This document shows, piece after piece, positions 46,093-57,100 of a stretch of 64,000 nucleotides of DNA. The stretch is taken from positions 4,660,578-4,724,577 of the forward strand of contig CP136572.1 of the NCBI GenBank assembly GCA_035193785.1. The letters run 5' to 3'. Position numbers and translations under genes: made by a program. Within the stretch, counting starts at the first letter, position 1. Each line of letters starts with the position of its first letter. The notes under the pieces were generated by a model. The model was not told the origin of the DNA. It made no database searches and worked only from the letters and a program-made list of their open reading frames with translations. This stretch comes from Planktothrix sp. GU0601_MAG3. Lineage in GTDB: Bacteria > Cyanobacteriota > Cyanobacteriia > Cyanobacteriales > Microcoleaceae.

Positions 46093-47442
46093 ATGAACAT
46101 GAAATCATCTTATCCAAATTCACGCATTGAACTTATTGAAACCAGCTTTGAGAAAATCAAGCCCCGGGCGGTCGAATTTGTCGCTAGTTTTTATGAAAAT
46201 CTGTTTGAAGTTTATCCAGAAACTCAACGTTTATTTGAAAAAACCGATATGGATAAGCAAGGAAAAAAACTGCTGAGTTCTCTAATTCTATTAGTCGGAG
46301 GTTTACGCACACCTGAAGCACTGATTCCCGTACTCAAAGATTTAGGTGCTAGACATAAAGGCTATGGCATAATTACAGAATATTATCCCCTGGTGGGTGA
46401 AATTTTACTCAAAACTTTCGCCGATTATTTGCAAGAAGATTGGACTCCCCAAGTCGCACAAGCCTGGCTTGAGATTTATACAAAAACCTCTCAATTAATG
46501 TTAGAAGGTGCCGGGGTAGATGGGGCTGTAAAATCAGAAAAACCGGAAATCAAAGCTACACCCTTTCCCTCATCAACTGGGGAAACGGTCTTCCCCCAAT
46601 ATGGAAGCAGGGGTAGGAAGAAAACTGCACCACAGCAACGGAATTTAACTCAAGTCATTAGACTAATATTAAAACCCCTAAAACTAATTCAAAATAGTTT
46701 TAAATATATTTTCAAACAAATTAATAAATGGTTTTGGGAGTCACCAACCTGGGTAGTAGCCGTTACCATTGCTTTTATGTTAGTGGTCTTAGTTATTTTT
46801 ACACCTAATGATTCGGTACTATCGAAAATTTTATCAGACGTTGAACCAATTAGTATCATCGTGGCTATTATTTTATATGTCAAAGAAATTCCTGACCGAA
46901 AAAAAGAATTTCGATATCAAGCTTGGAGCGTAATTGATGCGGCTAATGGTGTCAAAGTTAGCCCAGCCAGAATTATTGCTTTACAAGATTTGAATGAAGA
47001 TGGAGTTGCTTTAAATAATTTAGAGCTATCCGAAGCAAAATTAGTCAGAATTAATCTTTCTCAAGCAGATTTAAGCGAAGCTAATTTAACGAATGCCGAT
47101 CTAAATCATGCTGATCTGAATCATGCTAATCTGGGAAATGCTTTAATGGCTCGTGTCAACCTGACGGGGGCTAATTTGAGTTATGCTAACTTGGGTTTTG
47201 CTAAACTAAGTTACGCGAATCTGAGTAGTGCTAACCTAAGTTATACTAACCTGATTTGTGCTGATTTAAGAGATGCAAATCTAAGTGGAGCAAATCTCAG
47301 CCATGCGAATCTGAGTGGTGCAGATCTGAAAAATGCTTATTTAACAGGTGCCGACCTCAGAGGTGCGAATATTAGTGAGTACGACTTGCGAGGAGCGTAT
47401 CTCAAAGGTGCTATAATGCCTAATGGTTTAAAACATTCTTAA
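46093..47442 (+). CDS. Globin-transmembrane-pentapeptide repeat fusion protein
   Basis: Globin FYENLFEVYPETQRLF...LGARHKGYG...YPLVG...AW; two hydrophobic segments; A(D/N)LxxA pentapeptide repeats at the C-terminus. Confidence 0.85.
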   Translation: MNMKSSYPNSRIELIETSFEKIKPRAVEFVASFYENLFEVYPETQRLFEKTDMDKQGKKLLSSLILLVGGLRTPEALIPVLKDLGARHKGYGIITEYYPLVGEILLKTFADYLQEDWTPQVAQAWLEIYTKTSQLMLEGAGVDGAVKSEKPEIKATPFPSSTGETVFPQYGSRGRKKTAPQQRNLTQVIRLILKPLKLIQNSFKYIFKQINKWFWESPTWVVAVTIAFMLVVLVIFTPNDSVLSKILSDVEPISIIVAIILYVKEIPDRKKEFRYQAWSVIDAANGVKVSPARIIALQDLNEDGVALNNLELSEAKLVRINLSQADLSEANLTNADLNHADLNHANLGNALMARVNLTGANLSYANLGFAKLSYANLSSANLSYTNLICADLRDANLSGANLSHANLSGADLKNAYLTGADLRGANISEYDLRGAYLKGAIMPNGLKHS

Positions 47443-47502
47443 CCCTAATAATATTTGATCAGTTCTTTTAGCATAAACCCGTAAAAAAAGGAATAAAAAT
47501 TC

Positions 47503-47820
47503 ATGGAATTTAACAAAAATACCCTAGCTCAAACAATGGCTTTTTTACTCTCAATTCCTCCTAAAAGTAATTTAGCTAAGTTACTAAAATTATGCTTAGT
47601 TAGTGATTATAATGGAGAAAGTTTGGGTCAAAATTCTTTGGAAAAAAGCTATGAATTAATTAGTAATCCCTCTAATTTACCCTATTGGATACAGGAAGTT
47701 ATTCAAAGTAATGATAAAATTACACCGGAAGAATGGCAAGCTTTTGGACAAATGAATTTAACACAGACTCAGGATTTTATTAATACTTTATTGGAAGAAT
47801 TAAATAATTTGGAATTGTAA
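47503..47820 (+). CDS. Hypothetical protein
   Basis: 105-aa ORF with RBS-like AAGGA upstream; no motif recognised. Confidence 0.65.
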   Translation: MEFNKNTLAQTMAFLLSIPPKSNLAKLLKLCLVSDYNGESLGQNSLEKSYELISNPSNLPYWIQEVIQSNDKITPEEWQAFGQMNLTQTQDFINTLLEELNNLEL

Positions 47821-47920
47821 TATTACTATAATTAGATGATAGAGACTCACGAATCAGAATTTACGCAGCTACGATATGCGTAGCGTAGTAATATAAGTCT
47901 AAAGTTATTTTTAGTCGATT

Positions 47921-48947
47921 ATGTCTCGTTCTAAAGCTTTACAATACTACGTTTTTAGTCGTTTACTGTTAGCCCCCCTAATGCTGTGGACAATTACCAC
48001 GGTGGTTTTTTTGCTGTTACGCGCCACGCCCGGTGACCCGGTGGATGCGATTCTTGGCCCCAGGGCTCCGGCGGCAGCCAAGGAAGCCTTGCGAGCGCAA
48101 TTGGGGTTAAATGGTTTCCCTAGGACAACAATATTTTGACTACATGGGAAAACTCCTGCATCTGGATTTAGGAAACTCCCTCACCAGTCGCGGGGAAACG
48201 GTTTGGCAAATTATTCAAAATCACTTTCCCGCAACGGTTGAACTGTCTTTATTTAGTATGATGGTAGCCTTGGCGGTGGGAATTACCGTTGGGGCGGTGG
48301 CGGCATCCCATCCCGATACAATTTGGGATACGGGGGGCCGTTTATTCGGAATTATTACCTATGCAATTCCTCCTTTTTGGGCGGGGATGTTATTGCAATT
48401 AATTTTTGCGGTGCAGTTGGGTTGGTTTCCCCTGGGGACTCGATTTCCGGTGACAATTCCTACTCCTGAAGGTTGGAGTGGTTTATATACCTTGGATAGT
48501 CTATTTACGGGAAACCTAATGCAATTGGGAGTAGCACTTTATTACCTCTGTTTACCTTCTTTAACTTTGGGTTTATTATTAAGTGGTATTTTTGAAAGAA
48601 TTGTGCGAGTTAACCTCAAACAAACCTTAAAAGCGGATTATGTGGAAGCAGCTAGGGCTAGAGGAATCCCCGAATTAAGGATTGTTTTAGCCCATGCTTT
48701 AAAAAATGCCATGATTCCAGTTATTACGGTGTTGGGTTTGACTTTTGCCGCGTTATTAGGGGGCGCAATTTTAACGGAAGTTACCTTTTCTTGGCCGGGA
48801 TTAGCTAATCGGTTATATGAAGCCATTAGTTTCCGAGATTATCCCACAGTGCAGGGAATTGTTGTCTTTTTCGCGGCTATTGTTGTGGTTGCGAGTATTC
48901 TAATTGATGTTCTCAATGCCTGTATTGATCCGAGAATTAGATATTAA
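47921..48947 (+). CDS. ABC transporter permease, DppB/OppB family; apparent frameshift ~48114
   Basis: PGDPV, FPATVEL, EAA motif DYVEAARARG, TEVTFSWPGL, RDYPTVQG. Confidence 0.92.
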
Positions 48948-49846
48948 GAAAGTTGGGGTGATGGGGGAATAGGATTTTGATTCAGTGCGATGGTATCTAG
49001 GGGCAGTTGCAACTGGAATCCATCGACTTTTTCAATTCGATTTTTCGCAATTTCACAATATTCTGGACTAATATCAATCCCGATAAAATTTCTCCCCATT
49101 TGTTGAGCAACTTTGCAAGTTGTCCCACTTCCACACATCGGATCAAGAATCAAATCCCCGGCATTTGACCAAGAATAAATATGATCCCGTGCTAATTCAC
49201 AGGGAAAGGGTGCGGGGTGATTTTTTGCTTCTTGATCTTCGAGATTTTTTCCCACAACATATTCCCAAATATTCCCTTTAATTTTTTGATTCTTTACAGG
49301 ATTTGCCATTTTTGAACGTTTTTGATCAGCTTTTGAATAATTTTTATAGGTTGTGCCATTAAGTTCTAATCCGGCGTGTAAACAGTCGATCATCAAGGCG
49401 TTATGGGTAGTAACCTGACCTTTGCTGAAAACAAACATATATTCAAATTCATTACTATATCTCCGTCGATAAATTTGGGGAATGGGATTTCTTTTTTTAA
49501 AGATCATAGTATCATGAAGATTAAAACCAATTTCTTTAAAGAAGATCGCTTGTTTAAAGCTAGTTCCGGTTTCGCTTCCCTCAATGGTGGCGTCAGCAAC
49601 TACCCAAACTATCACCCCCCCTGGTTTAACAATACGGTATAGTTCTCTAGCAATATCTTCAAAGGGAAATACAAAACCTTTATATTTTCTCAGGTTATCA
49701 TAGGGGGGGGAAGTTAACACCATATCAATACAGTTATTCTCGAAGTTTTGCATCACTTCGATACAATCTCCTTGGAATATTTTATTAATAAATTCGGTAA
49801 TAGTCATCGAGCTTAAATTTTTGATCATTATCCTAATATAACCCAC
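48944..49846 (-). CDS. Orphan beta-class amino-DNA methyltransferase (probably N4-cytosine)
   Basis: TSPPY precedes HPAPFP and DPMCGSGTT (beta order). No endonuclease adjacent. Confidence 0.88.
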   Translation of the reverse strand: MGYIRIMIKNLSSMTITEFINKIFQGDCIEVMQNFENNCIDMVLTSPPYDNLRKYKGFVFPFEDIARELYRIVKPGGVIVWVVADATIEGSETGTSFKQAIFFKEIGFNLHDTMIFKKRNPIPQIYRRRYSNEFEYMFVFSKGQVTTHNALMIDCLHAGLELNGTTYKNYSKADQKRSKMANPVKNQKIKGNIWEYVVGKNLEDQEAKNHPAPFPCELARDHIYSWSNAGDLILDPMCGSGTTCKVAQQMGRNFIGIDISPEYCEIAKNRIEKVDGFQLQLPLDTIALNQNPIPPSPQLS

Positions 49847-49936
49847 CCCTATTCTTAACTATACTATTCCAAAATTTGTCTCGAAAATGGATAGTTTTGA
49901 TAAACTGGGGAATGAGCGATCGCTATAATGATTATT

Positions 49937-50171
49937 ATGGAAAGTCAACCCAGGGAGATTCAACGTTATGAGGGCAATTTAGGGGATTATCGTTTCTGTT
50001 GGTGAAGGAGTATTTGAATTTAAAATTAATTATGGCCCGGGCTACCGGGTTTATTTTGGACAAGTCGGGTTCACCGTAATTTTGTTGCTCTGTGGTGGAG
50101 ATAAAAGCACTCAGCAAAAAGATATTCAAAAAGCAAAAGAATACTGGAGAGACTACCATGCAAGACGTTAA
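49937..50171 (+). pseudogene. RelE/HigB-like addiction-module toxin, internally deleted
   Basis: Not in the ORF track. After removing one T at ~49992 it reads MESQPREIQRY-EGNLGDYRSVGEGVFEFKINYGPGYRVYF...LLLCGGDKSTQQKDI..AKEYW. Confidence 0.75.
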
Positions 50172-50496
50172 AACTCCCATTACTGATAGTTATCATAATT
50201 ATTTAATTGAATCTCTCAAAGATCCACAAGAAGCAGCAGCTTATCTGGAAGTTGCTTTAGAAGAAGGTAACGATCAACCTCAATTATTAAAAAAAGTCAT
50301 TACCAATATTATAGAAGCTCAGTCTCAACTTGATCAAAGTTTTGATTTAGATCAAATGAATCGAGAAAAAGTTGATAAAGTTTTAACATCAATCACTTGT
50401 ACACAAATTTATACTTTTGTTGAATTACTTAATATTTTAGGGTTTAAAATCTCAATTCAGGTGAAAGAAACAGAAATAGAAGGAGATGCGGAATAA
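50158..50496 (+). CDS. Addiction-module antidote (antitoxin)
   Basis: SYHNYLIESLKDPQEAAAYLEVALEE; overlaps the toxin 3' end. Confidence 0.8.
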   Translation: MQDVKTPITDSYHNYLIESLKDPQEAAAYLEVALEEGNDQPQLLKKVITNIIEAQSQLDQSFDLDQMNREKVDKVLTSITCTQIYTFVELLNILGFKISIQVKETEIEGDAE

Positions 50497-50514
50497 TCGA
50501 TCTTGAAAAAGTCT

Positions 50515-50572
50515 GGGCGGGTTTAGAAACATCAATTGTGAGTGATAAAGCTCTGAATAAACCCGCCCCTAC
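50515..50572. repeat. REP-like inverted repeat
   Basis: GGGCGGGTTTA...TAAACCCGCCCCTAC; same family as 22487. Confidence 0.7.
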
Positions 50573-50652
50573 AACTGATTTTATATTAGCATCTCGGCGC
50601 GGATTGCTCTATACTAAAAGTCTGTTTATAATTTGTTGATTTATTCTTACCT

Positions 50653-51580
50653 ATGTCCTTAAAAAGACGTCAATTTCTATTGTTAGCGAGCTTGAGTGCT
50701 GCTGGTTTTATCGGATTGGGAAACTACTCGAAAAATCCTGAGCTTTCCTGAGATTTCTGAACAACAAATTTCTAGGGGAGACGGTGCAATGCACGCCATC
50801 GCATCTGATCTTAAAGATAAACCCCTATTTTGTTTTGTGACTATTGGAGATACGGGAACGGGAGAAAAAGGACAATATGAAGTGGCAAAGGCAATGGTTA
50901 GCTATTATCAAAATCATCCTTTTCAAGTGGTTACTTTACTCGGAGATAATATTTATACTAATGGTGAAATTGAAAAAATTAAGGATGTATTTGAAAAACC
51001 CTATCAATATTTACTGGAACAAAAAGTTAAATTTTATGCCTGTTTAGGCAACCATGATATTAGAACAGAAAACGGTAATCGACAGGTGACTTATCCTTTA
51101 TTTAATATGCAGGGTCGTTACTATACGTTTAAATATGATCCTGTACAATTTTTCGTTTTAGATGCGAATGATCATGCCGATTGGGACAAACAAATACCTT
51201 GGTTAGAAGACCAACTTCAACGGAGTCAAACACCTTGGAAAATTGTTTATAGTCATTTTCCCATGTATTCTTCTGGGTTATATGGTGTGAACCCAGCATT
51301 GATTAATCGCTTAACTCCTTTATTTAAAAAATATGGCGTGCAACTGTATATGAATGGTCATGAACACCATTATGAACGTACCCAACCCATTAATGGTACA
51401 ACCTATTTAGTTAATGGTAATGGCGGGGCAAATATTCGCCCCGTAGGAAGTTCAGAGTGGACAGCAACTGCCGCCTCAACCCTGGGATTTACTGCGATTG
51501 AAGTTTATGCAGATCGGATGGTAATTCAAGCAATTGATACGAATGATCAAGTATTTGATCAAGGAATCATTCGTTTATAA
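50653..51580 (+). CDS. Tat-exported calcineurin-like metallophosphoesterase; apparent frameshift ~50721
   Basis: MSLKRRQFLL signal; GDTG, GDNIY, GNHD, GHEH motifs. Confidence 0.9.
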
Positions 51581-51611
51581 ACCAATAGTAAACAGTAATC
51601 AGTCATCAGTT

Positions 51612-51778
51612 TATTACCCATCACTCATTACCCATTACCCATTACCCATCACTCATTACCCATTACCCATCACTCATTACCCATCACTCATTACCCATTA
51701 CCCATTACCCATTACCCATTACCCATTACCCATCACTCATTACCCATTACCCATTACCCATTACCCATTACCCATCAC
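51612..51778. repeat. Heptamer tandem repeat (CCCATTA/CCCATCA/CTCATTA)n
   Basis: Directly visible between convergent genes. Confidence 0.95.
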
Positions 51779-54180
51779 CTATTTATCAATAACCAGCAAG
51801 GCTAAAACTTTATCAAACTGGAAGTTATCAACTAAAGAGGTTAGAACCTGGGTTAAAACTACACTTTCAGGAGGGATTTGTTGGAGTAAAATTATAATTT
51901 CAGTATCACTACATTGAGAGGCATATTCACGGAGTCTTTCTATCCATTGGGCAGGCATTTTTGCCAAGTGTAACTTAATGTCTTCAGTCGGTAAAGTTTC
52001 CGATTTTTCCGAGTGCCCAGATGTTCTATTTTTCCCTTCTTGATAAATATATTGAAACCTGGAGATGTTGCTTAACTTTTTCTAAGAGGTTTTCCTTCTG
52101 GAATGGTTTGCGAATAAAATCATCACAGCCCGCCGCCAAAAGCATCGCCCTATCTTCTTCAAAAGCACTAGCGGTCAGCGCAATAATCAGAGTTTTGTGA
52201 GTGAGTAAATCGGCTTTAATCATTTGGGTGGCTTTTAATCCATTCATCACGGGCATCCGCATATCCATAAAAATTAAATCGGGTTTCCAAGTCTGGAAAA
52301 GTTCGATCGCTTGTAGACCATTTTCTGCTTCCTTGACCTGAAAACCTACGCCATTCAGAATTTCTGATAGGAGCAGGCGACTTTCTAAAACATCATCAAC
52401 GGCCAAAATTTTATAGCTGGGTTGTTGGGGTGCTAAATGAAGGATAGGGGGGTAAGAGAGTGAAGACTGAGGGATTGCAGATTCCACCGGTTGCACGACA
52501 ATTTCAAAAGTAAAAATTGTTCCCTGATTAACAACACTTTGTACCTTAATATCTCCTCCCATTAATTGAATAAATTTACGACTAATGGCTAGACCTAATC
52601 CGGTTCCTTCATGGTGTTTTCGCCCGGTTTCTGTTTGGGCAAAAGCTTTAAATAAATGACTAATTTCTTCTGGAGAAATCCCTAAACCGGTATCTTCTAT
52701 ATCAAAAATAATTACCGATTGATCGGCTTTATTTTCGGGTTTTAATTTAGCCCGCAGGGTCACGGAACCCACTTGAGTAAATTTCAGGGCATTGCCTAAA
52801 ATATTAATTAAAACTTGACGTAATTTTCCTTCGTCGGTCTGGACAAAATCAGGAGTATTGGGGGAGATTTCAAAAACCAGGTTTAATCCTTTTTTTGAGG
52901 CTTGAATTTGGAGAATATTTTGTAAGTTATTCAGAAAGGAAATAAGATTAAAGTCGGTTTTATTTAAGGTGACTCTACCCGCTTCAATTTTAGACATTTC
53001 TAAAATATCATTAATTAATTCTAAAAGATGACTACCCGCCCGGTTAATAATTTCTACATAATGTTGATAGTCCGGTTTGAGAGATAAATCATGATTCATT
53101 AATTGGGCAAAACCTAAAATTGCATTCAGGGGCGTTCTTAATTCATGGCTCATATTGGCAAGAAATTCACTTTTAGCTCGGCTGGCAATATCGGCGGCAT
53201 TCACGGCTTTTTGTAGGGCTAATTCTGCTTTTTTACGCTCGATAATTTCAGCTTTTGCCTGTTCAAATAGAGTGGATTGTTGCACCGCGATCGCTAACTG
53301 AATACTAATGTGTTGAATTGATTCAATTTCTGACTGATGCCACTTTCTGGGCTTTTGGCAATTGTGGGCGATCAGAAATCCCCAAAGGCTTGAATCTTTG
53401 ACAATGGGAACTAACAGTTTAGCTTGAACTTTTAACTGACGTAAAATATTTTCTAAAGCCGGTGCCATTGTGACTTGATTAATGTCTTCAATTAAAAGGA
53501 ATTTTTCTTGATAATCATAATATTGAAACTCGCCTATAAAAATTTCTTCCGGGAAAATTTGACCTTTAATACTCGGCCATCCCGGTTCCACTGATTCCGT
53601 AATTGCGCTACGATTTCCATTGGATAAAATCTGGTAAATCAACACCCGATCCACAGATAAAAACTCACGAACTTCTTCCACCGCCGTCGTCAAAATCTCC
53701 TCTAGGTTGAGGGAAGATCGGATACGCTCTTGAATTTTATTCTCCGCCTTCAATAAAGAGTTTTGTTGACTCAGAATATGAGATAGTCTCGATATTTTTA
53801 GCTGATTTTTAACTCGTGTTTCTACTTCTTCTAATTCAAAAGGTTTGGTAATATAGTCATTTCCCCCCACAGAAAAAGCCTTAACTTTATCAGAAAGTTG
53901 GTCTTTAGCACTAATAAAAATAATCGGAATATTACGGGTTTGTTTCATGGGCTTTTAATTGGGAACAAACCTCATAGCCATCCGGTGGCGGCATCATAAT
54001 ATCCAGTAAAATTAGATCGGGAGGATCTTCTAAAGCCGATCGAATGGCAAAGTTACCATCCCTGGACAGCCGAACATTATAGCCACAACCACTCAAAAAA
54101 GTATCCAATAAACGCAAATTATCGACCGTATCATCTACTACTAAGATATTGGCAGTTTGTTCGGCGTTAGAAATACTCAT
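51779..54180 (-). CDS. Hybrid histidine kinase REC-GAF-HisKA-HATPase-REC; 2 apparent frameshifts
   Basis: ORFs 53932..54225, 52026..53948 and 51779..51967 join at ~53942 and ~52054. DLILLDIMMP, FLANMSHELRTPL, DLIFMDMRMP. Confidence 0.9.
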
Positions 54181-54188
54181 TGTTGCAT

Positions 54189-57100
54189 TTATTGTTGTGC
54201 TTTGGCTGCTTGAATTAAATCCCATAGCGTGGAATGATCAAAATCATCAACAAACCTCTGTATCGCTTCGGATAAAACGGGGTCGTTGGTGTTTATCTCT
54301 TTTGAAATGGACTCGATTGAAATGGTGTTGAGGCGAATCACAGCCTGCTCTAAGCGATCAATTAAGTCAGGAGTCAAAGCCACTAAACGGGTTAATATAG
54401 ACACCGACGAAATTTCAGGGTTAGGATTCAAAGAATCTGAGGTTTCCTCTAATGAAAATTCACCTCCACTATAACCCATTCTCACCCCAATCTGTCCATG
54501 GATAGCCTCAAAAATATCTGTTTCTGTAAAAGGTTTACCGATCAGATCATCATACCCCATTGCTTGATTTTGATCAAAGTCTGGAGCAAAGGGGCTGGCA
54601 CTAATCGCAATAATCTTAACGGGCTTAAAGGGTTCTGATTTTGCTTTTTCTAGATCTTTTTCTCGGATTGTCTGCGTTATTTTATCTACCTTTTTCGTAG
54701 GCATTTGTACATCAATTAAAATCAAATCTGGTTGCCAAGTTTCCCACATTTGAATACCCTCTATCTCGTTGTTTGCCTCCTTAATGTCTAAATTCAAAGG
54801 TTGCAGGAGTTCAATCAGCAAAAGTCGGGTATCTGGATGATTGTCAATAATTAAAATTTTGTGATTTTGGGCATCGAGTTCTAAGGGGATCACTTGATTT
54901 TTATTTTTAGGAGTTTCTGAATGAGTATCTGTAACGGCTTGATAGGGAATATCGCACTTAAAAATTGTTCCTGTTCCTACTTCACTTTCTACGTTAATTT
55001 TTCCTCCCATCAGTTGAATAAAATGATTGCTAATTGCTAATCCTAAGCCTGTTCCACCTTGCACTTGCTGTCCAGATTTTGTTTGAATAAATGGTTGAAA
55101 AATTTTTTCTAATTCATCGGCAAAAATTCCACATCCTTGATCTTCAACTTCAAACTCAAGGGCATCTTGATGGTTTATTTTTTTCAGTTTAGACCGCAAA
55201 CTTATCCGGCCAAAGGATGTAAATTTAAAGGCATTACTGAGCAAATTAATTAAGACTTGACGTAACTTAACTTCATCATAAAACACCCTCTGAGGAAGCT
55301 CCGAACTATACTCCAAAACAAAATCCAATTTTTTTTCCTGTGCTTTCAAATCAAACATCTCTTTTAAGCCGTTGAGAAAGTTAGGGAGGTTGAAATTAAT
55401 GGGATTTAGGGTAGTACATCCCGATTCAATTTTAGCCATATCAAGGACATCGCTAATTAATGCTAATAAATGTTCAGCACTGCGATGAATGATCCGAATC
55501 TTTTCCTGGTGTTCTGAGGTTAAATCCGAACTTTTCAGCAGCACTTGAGTAAAACCAAGAATAGCAGTTAAAGGCGATCGCAATTCATGGCTCATATTTG
55601 CCAAAAATGCACTTTTAGCATCGGCGGTGGCTTCTGCTTTTTGTTTAGCGATCGCTAACTCAGCCGTGCGTTCCTCGACTTTGGTTTCCAAAGTTCGATT
55701 AGATTCTGCCAAATTTGCATAAAGTTTAGCATTTTCAATGGCGATCGCCGCCTGGGCGGATAAAAGTTTTAATATTTCTAAACGATCTTGGGTAAATGCA
55801 CCCGTCGCCCGATCATTTTCCAAATACATAATACTGGTCAGTCGTCCTTGACTAATCAAAGGTAAACAGAGAATTGATTTAGACTGTTTGACTTTAATAT
55901 AAGGATCATTAATAAATTTTCCTTCGCAACTAGCATTCTTTAAAACAACGGTTTCTCCCGTATTAACGACATAGTTAATAATAGAATTAGCAACTAAATG
56001 ACTCCCATCCACAGGAATCGACTGTAACACCTTAACCCCATTGAAATCCGCTGATCCTTCGGCTTCAATTAGAAATTCATTTCCAGTTTTTACAATTAAA
56101 TATCCCAGTTGCGCTCCGGCATTTTCGATTAAAACTTTCATTAAAATAATCAGCAATTTATCTATTAAAATTTCACCCGAAATTGCCTGGGATGCCTTGA
56201 TGACCGCAGCTAAATCTAAAACTTCGCCTGACTGGGTTCCCGTTGTGGATTGAGGATTTAGATTCACGGTATAATTCACACTTTTAATTGAGGATAAAGA
56301 AGAAATTAACTGGGGATATTTAGTTTCTAAATCCTCAACTTTCGTTTTAGCTCCCCAACGTTTATAAAGGTAATGGGATTCTTTCATATAAGTTCGAGCA
56401 ATTTTTAACCGACCTCGCCCTAAATAAAACTCAGCCGCTAATTCGTAAGCTAATGCTTCTTCTTGAATAAATTTATTTTTCGATGCTTGAGAAATAGCCT
56501 GTTCATAATAGTCTTCTGCTTCTAGGATTTTTCCCAAAACCCGAGCTTTTTCTGCCTCAACTAAGTAAAATTTATTTAAGAAATTCTCTGGAGCATGAGT
56601 TGCCCATTTTTGCATTTTGTTTTGATTCCTAGTGACTCGATTGATCCAAATTTCTGGGTCGGAATTTGTAGTCTGAGTTGATAATTTTAAATGCACTAAG
56701 GAATCATAAAAATAGAAAATAGGAACAACGATCATTCCCATGACACCATCTAAATTTTGTTCTGCAAGAATGGCATTTTCCTGGGCTTGATCATAATGCT
56801 TAAACAGATAACATAATATCAGTTTGTTTAGATAAAAAAAGTTAATTTGAACTCGATCACTTGCTGCAATTGCCAGGGGAAGGCATTGTTCTTCGTTGTA
56901 AATATTACCCGTTAACTGCATCAGGTTTTCTGATTTTCCTAATAAGTTTTGGGTAGCTTGCCAAAATATAGCAATCCAATTCACAGCGGCTTCTTGTCGG
57001 GTTTGGCTAATAGCTTGACTATAGGTAGCCATCTCTTGTTCAAGATCTCTTAATTCATAACCGACAAAATAGGGACTCACACAAACCCAAAAACCACAAT

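Larger units (their letters stand above)
699..55748. repeat. HIP1 octamer GCGATCGC, dispersed
   Basis: Many copies seen, e.g. 699, 2070, 3264, 6159 and 55741, including inside the accessory block. Known over-represented palindrome of cyanobacteria. Confidence 0.9.

Noticed and set aside
47862..47892. Hairpin GCTACG-ATATG-CGTAGC upstream of the ABC permease
   Set aside because: Short single occurrence; cannot distinguish operator, small repeat or chance.
27597..47900. Recently acquired integrative element
   Set aside because: No integrase, att repeats or transposase seen, and HIP1 sites and host-type repeats occur throughout the block.
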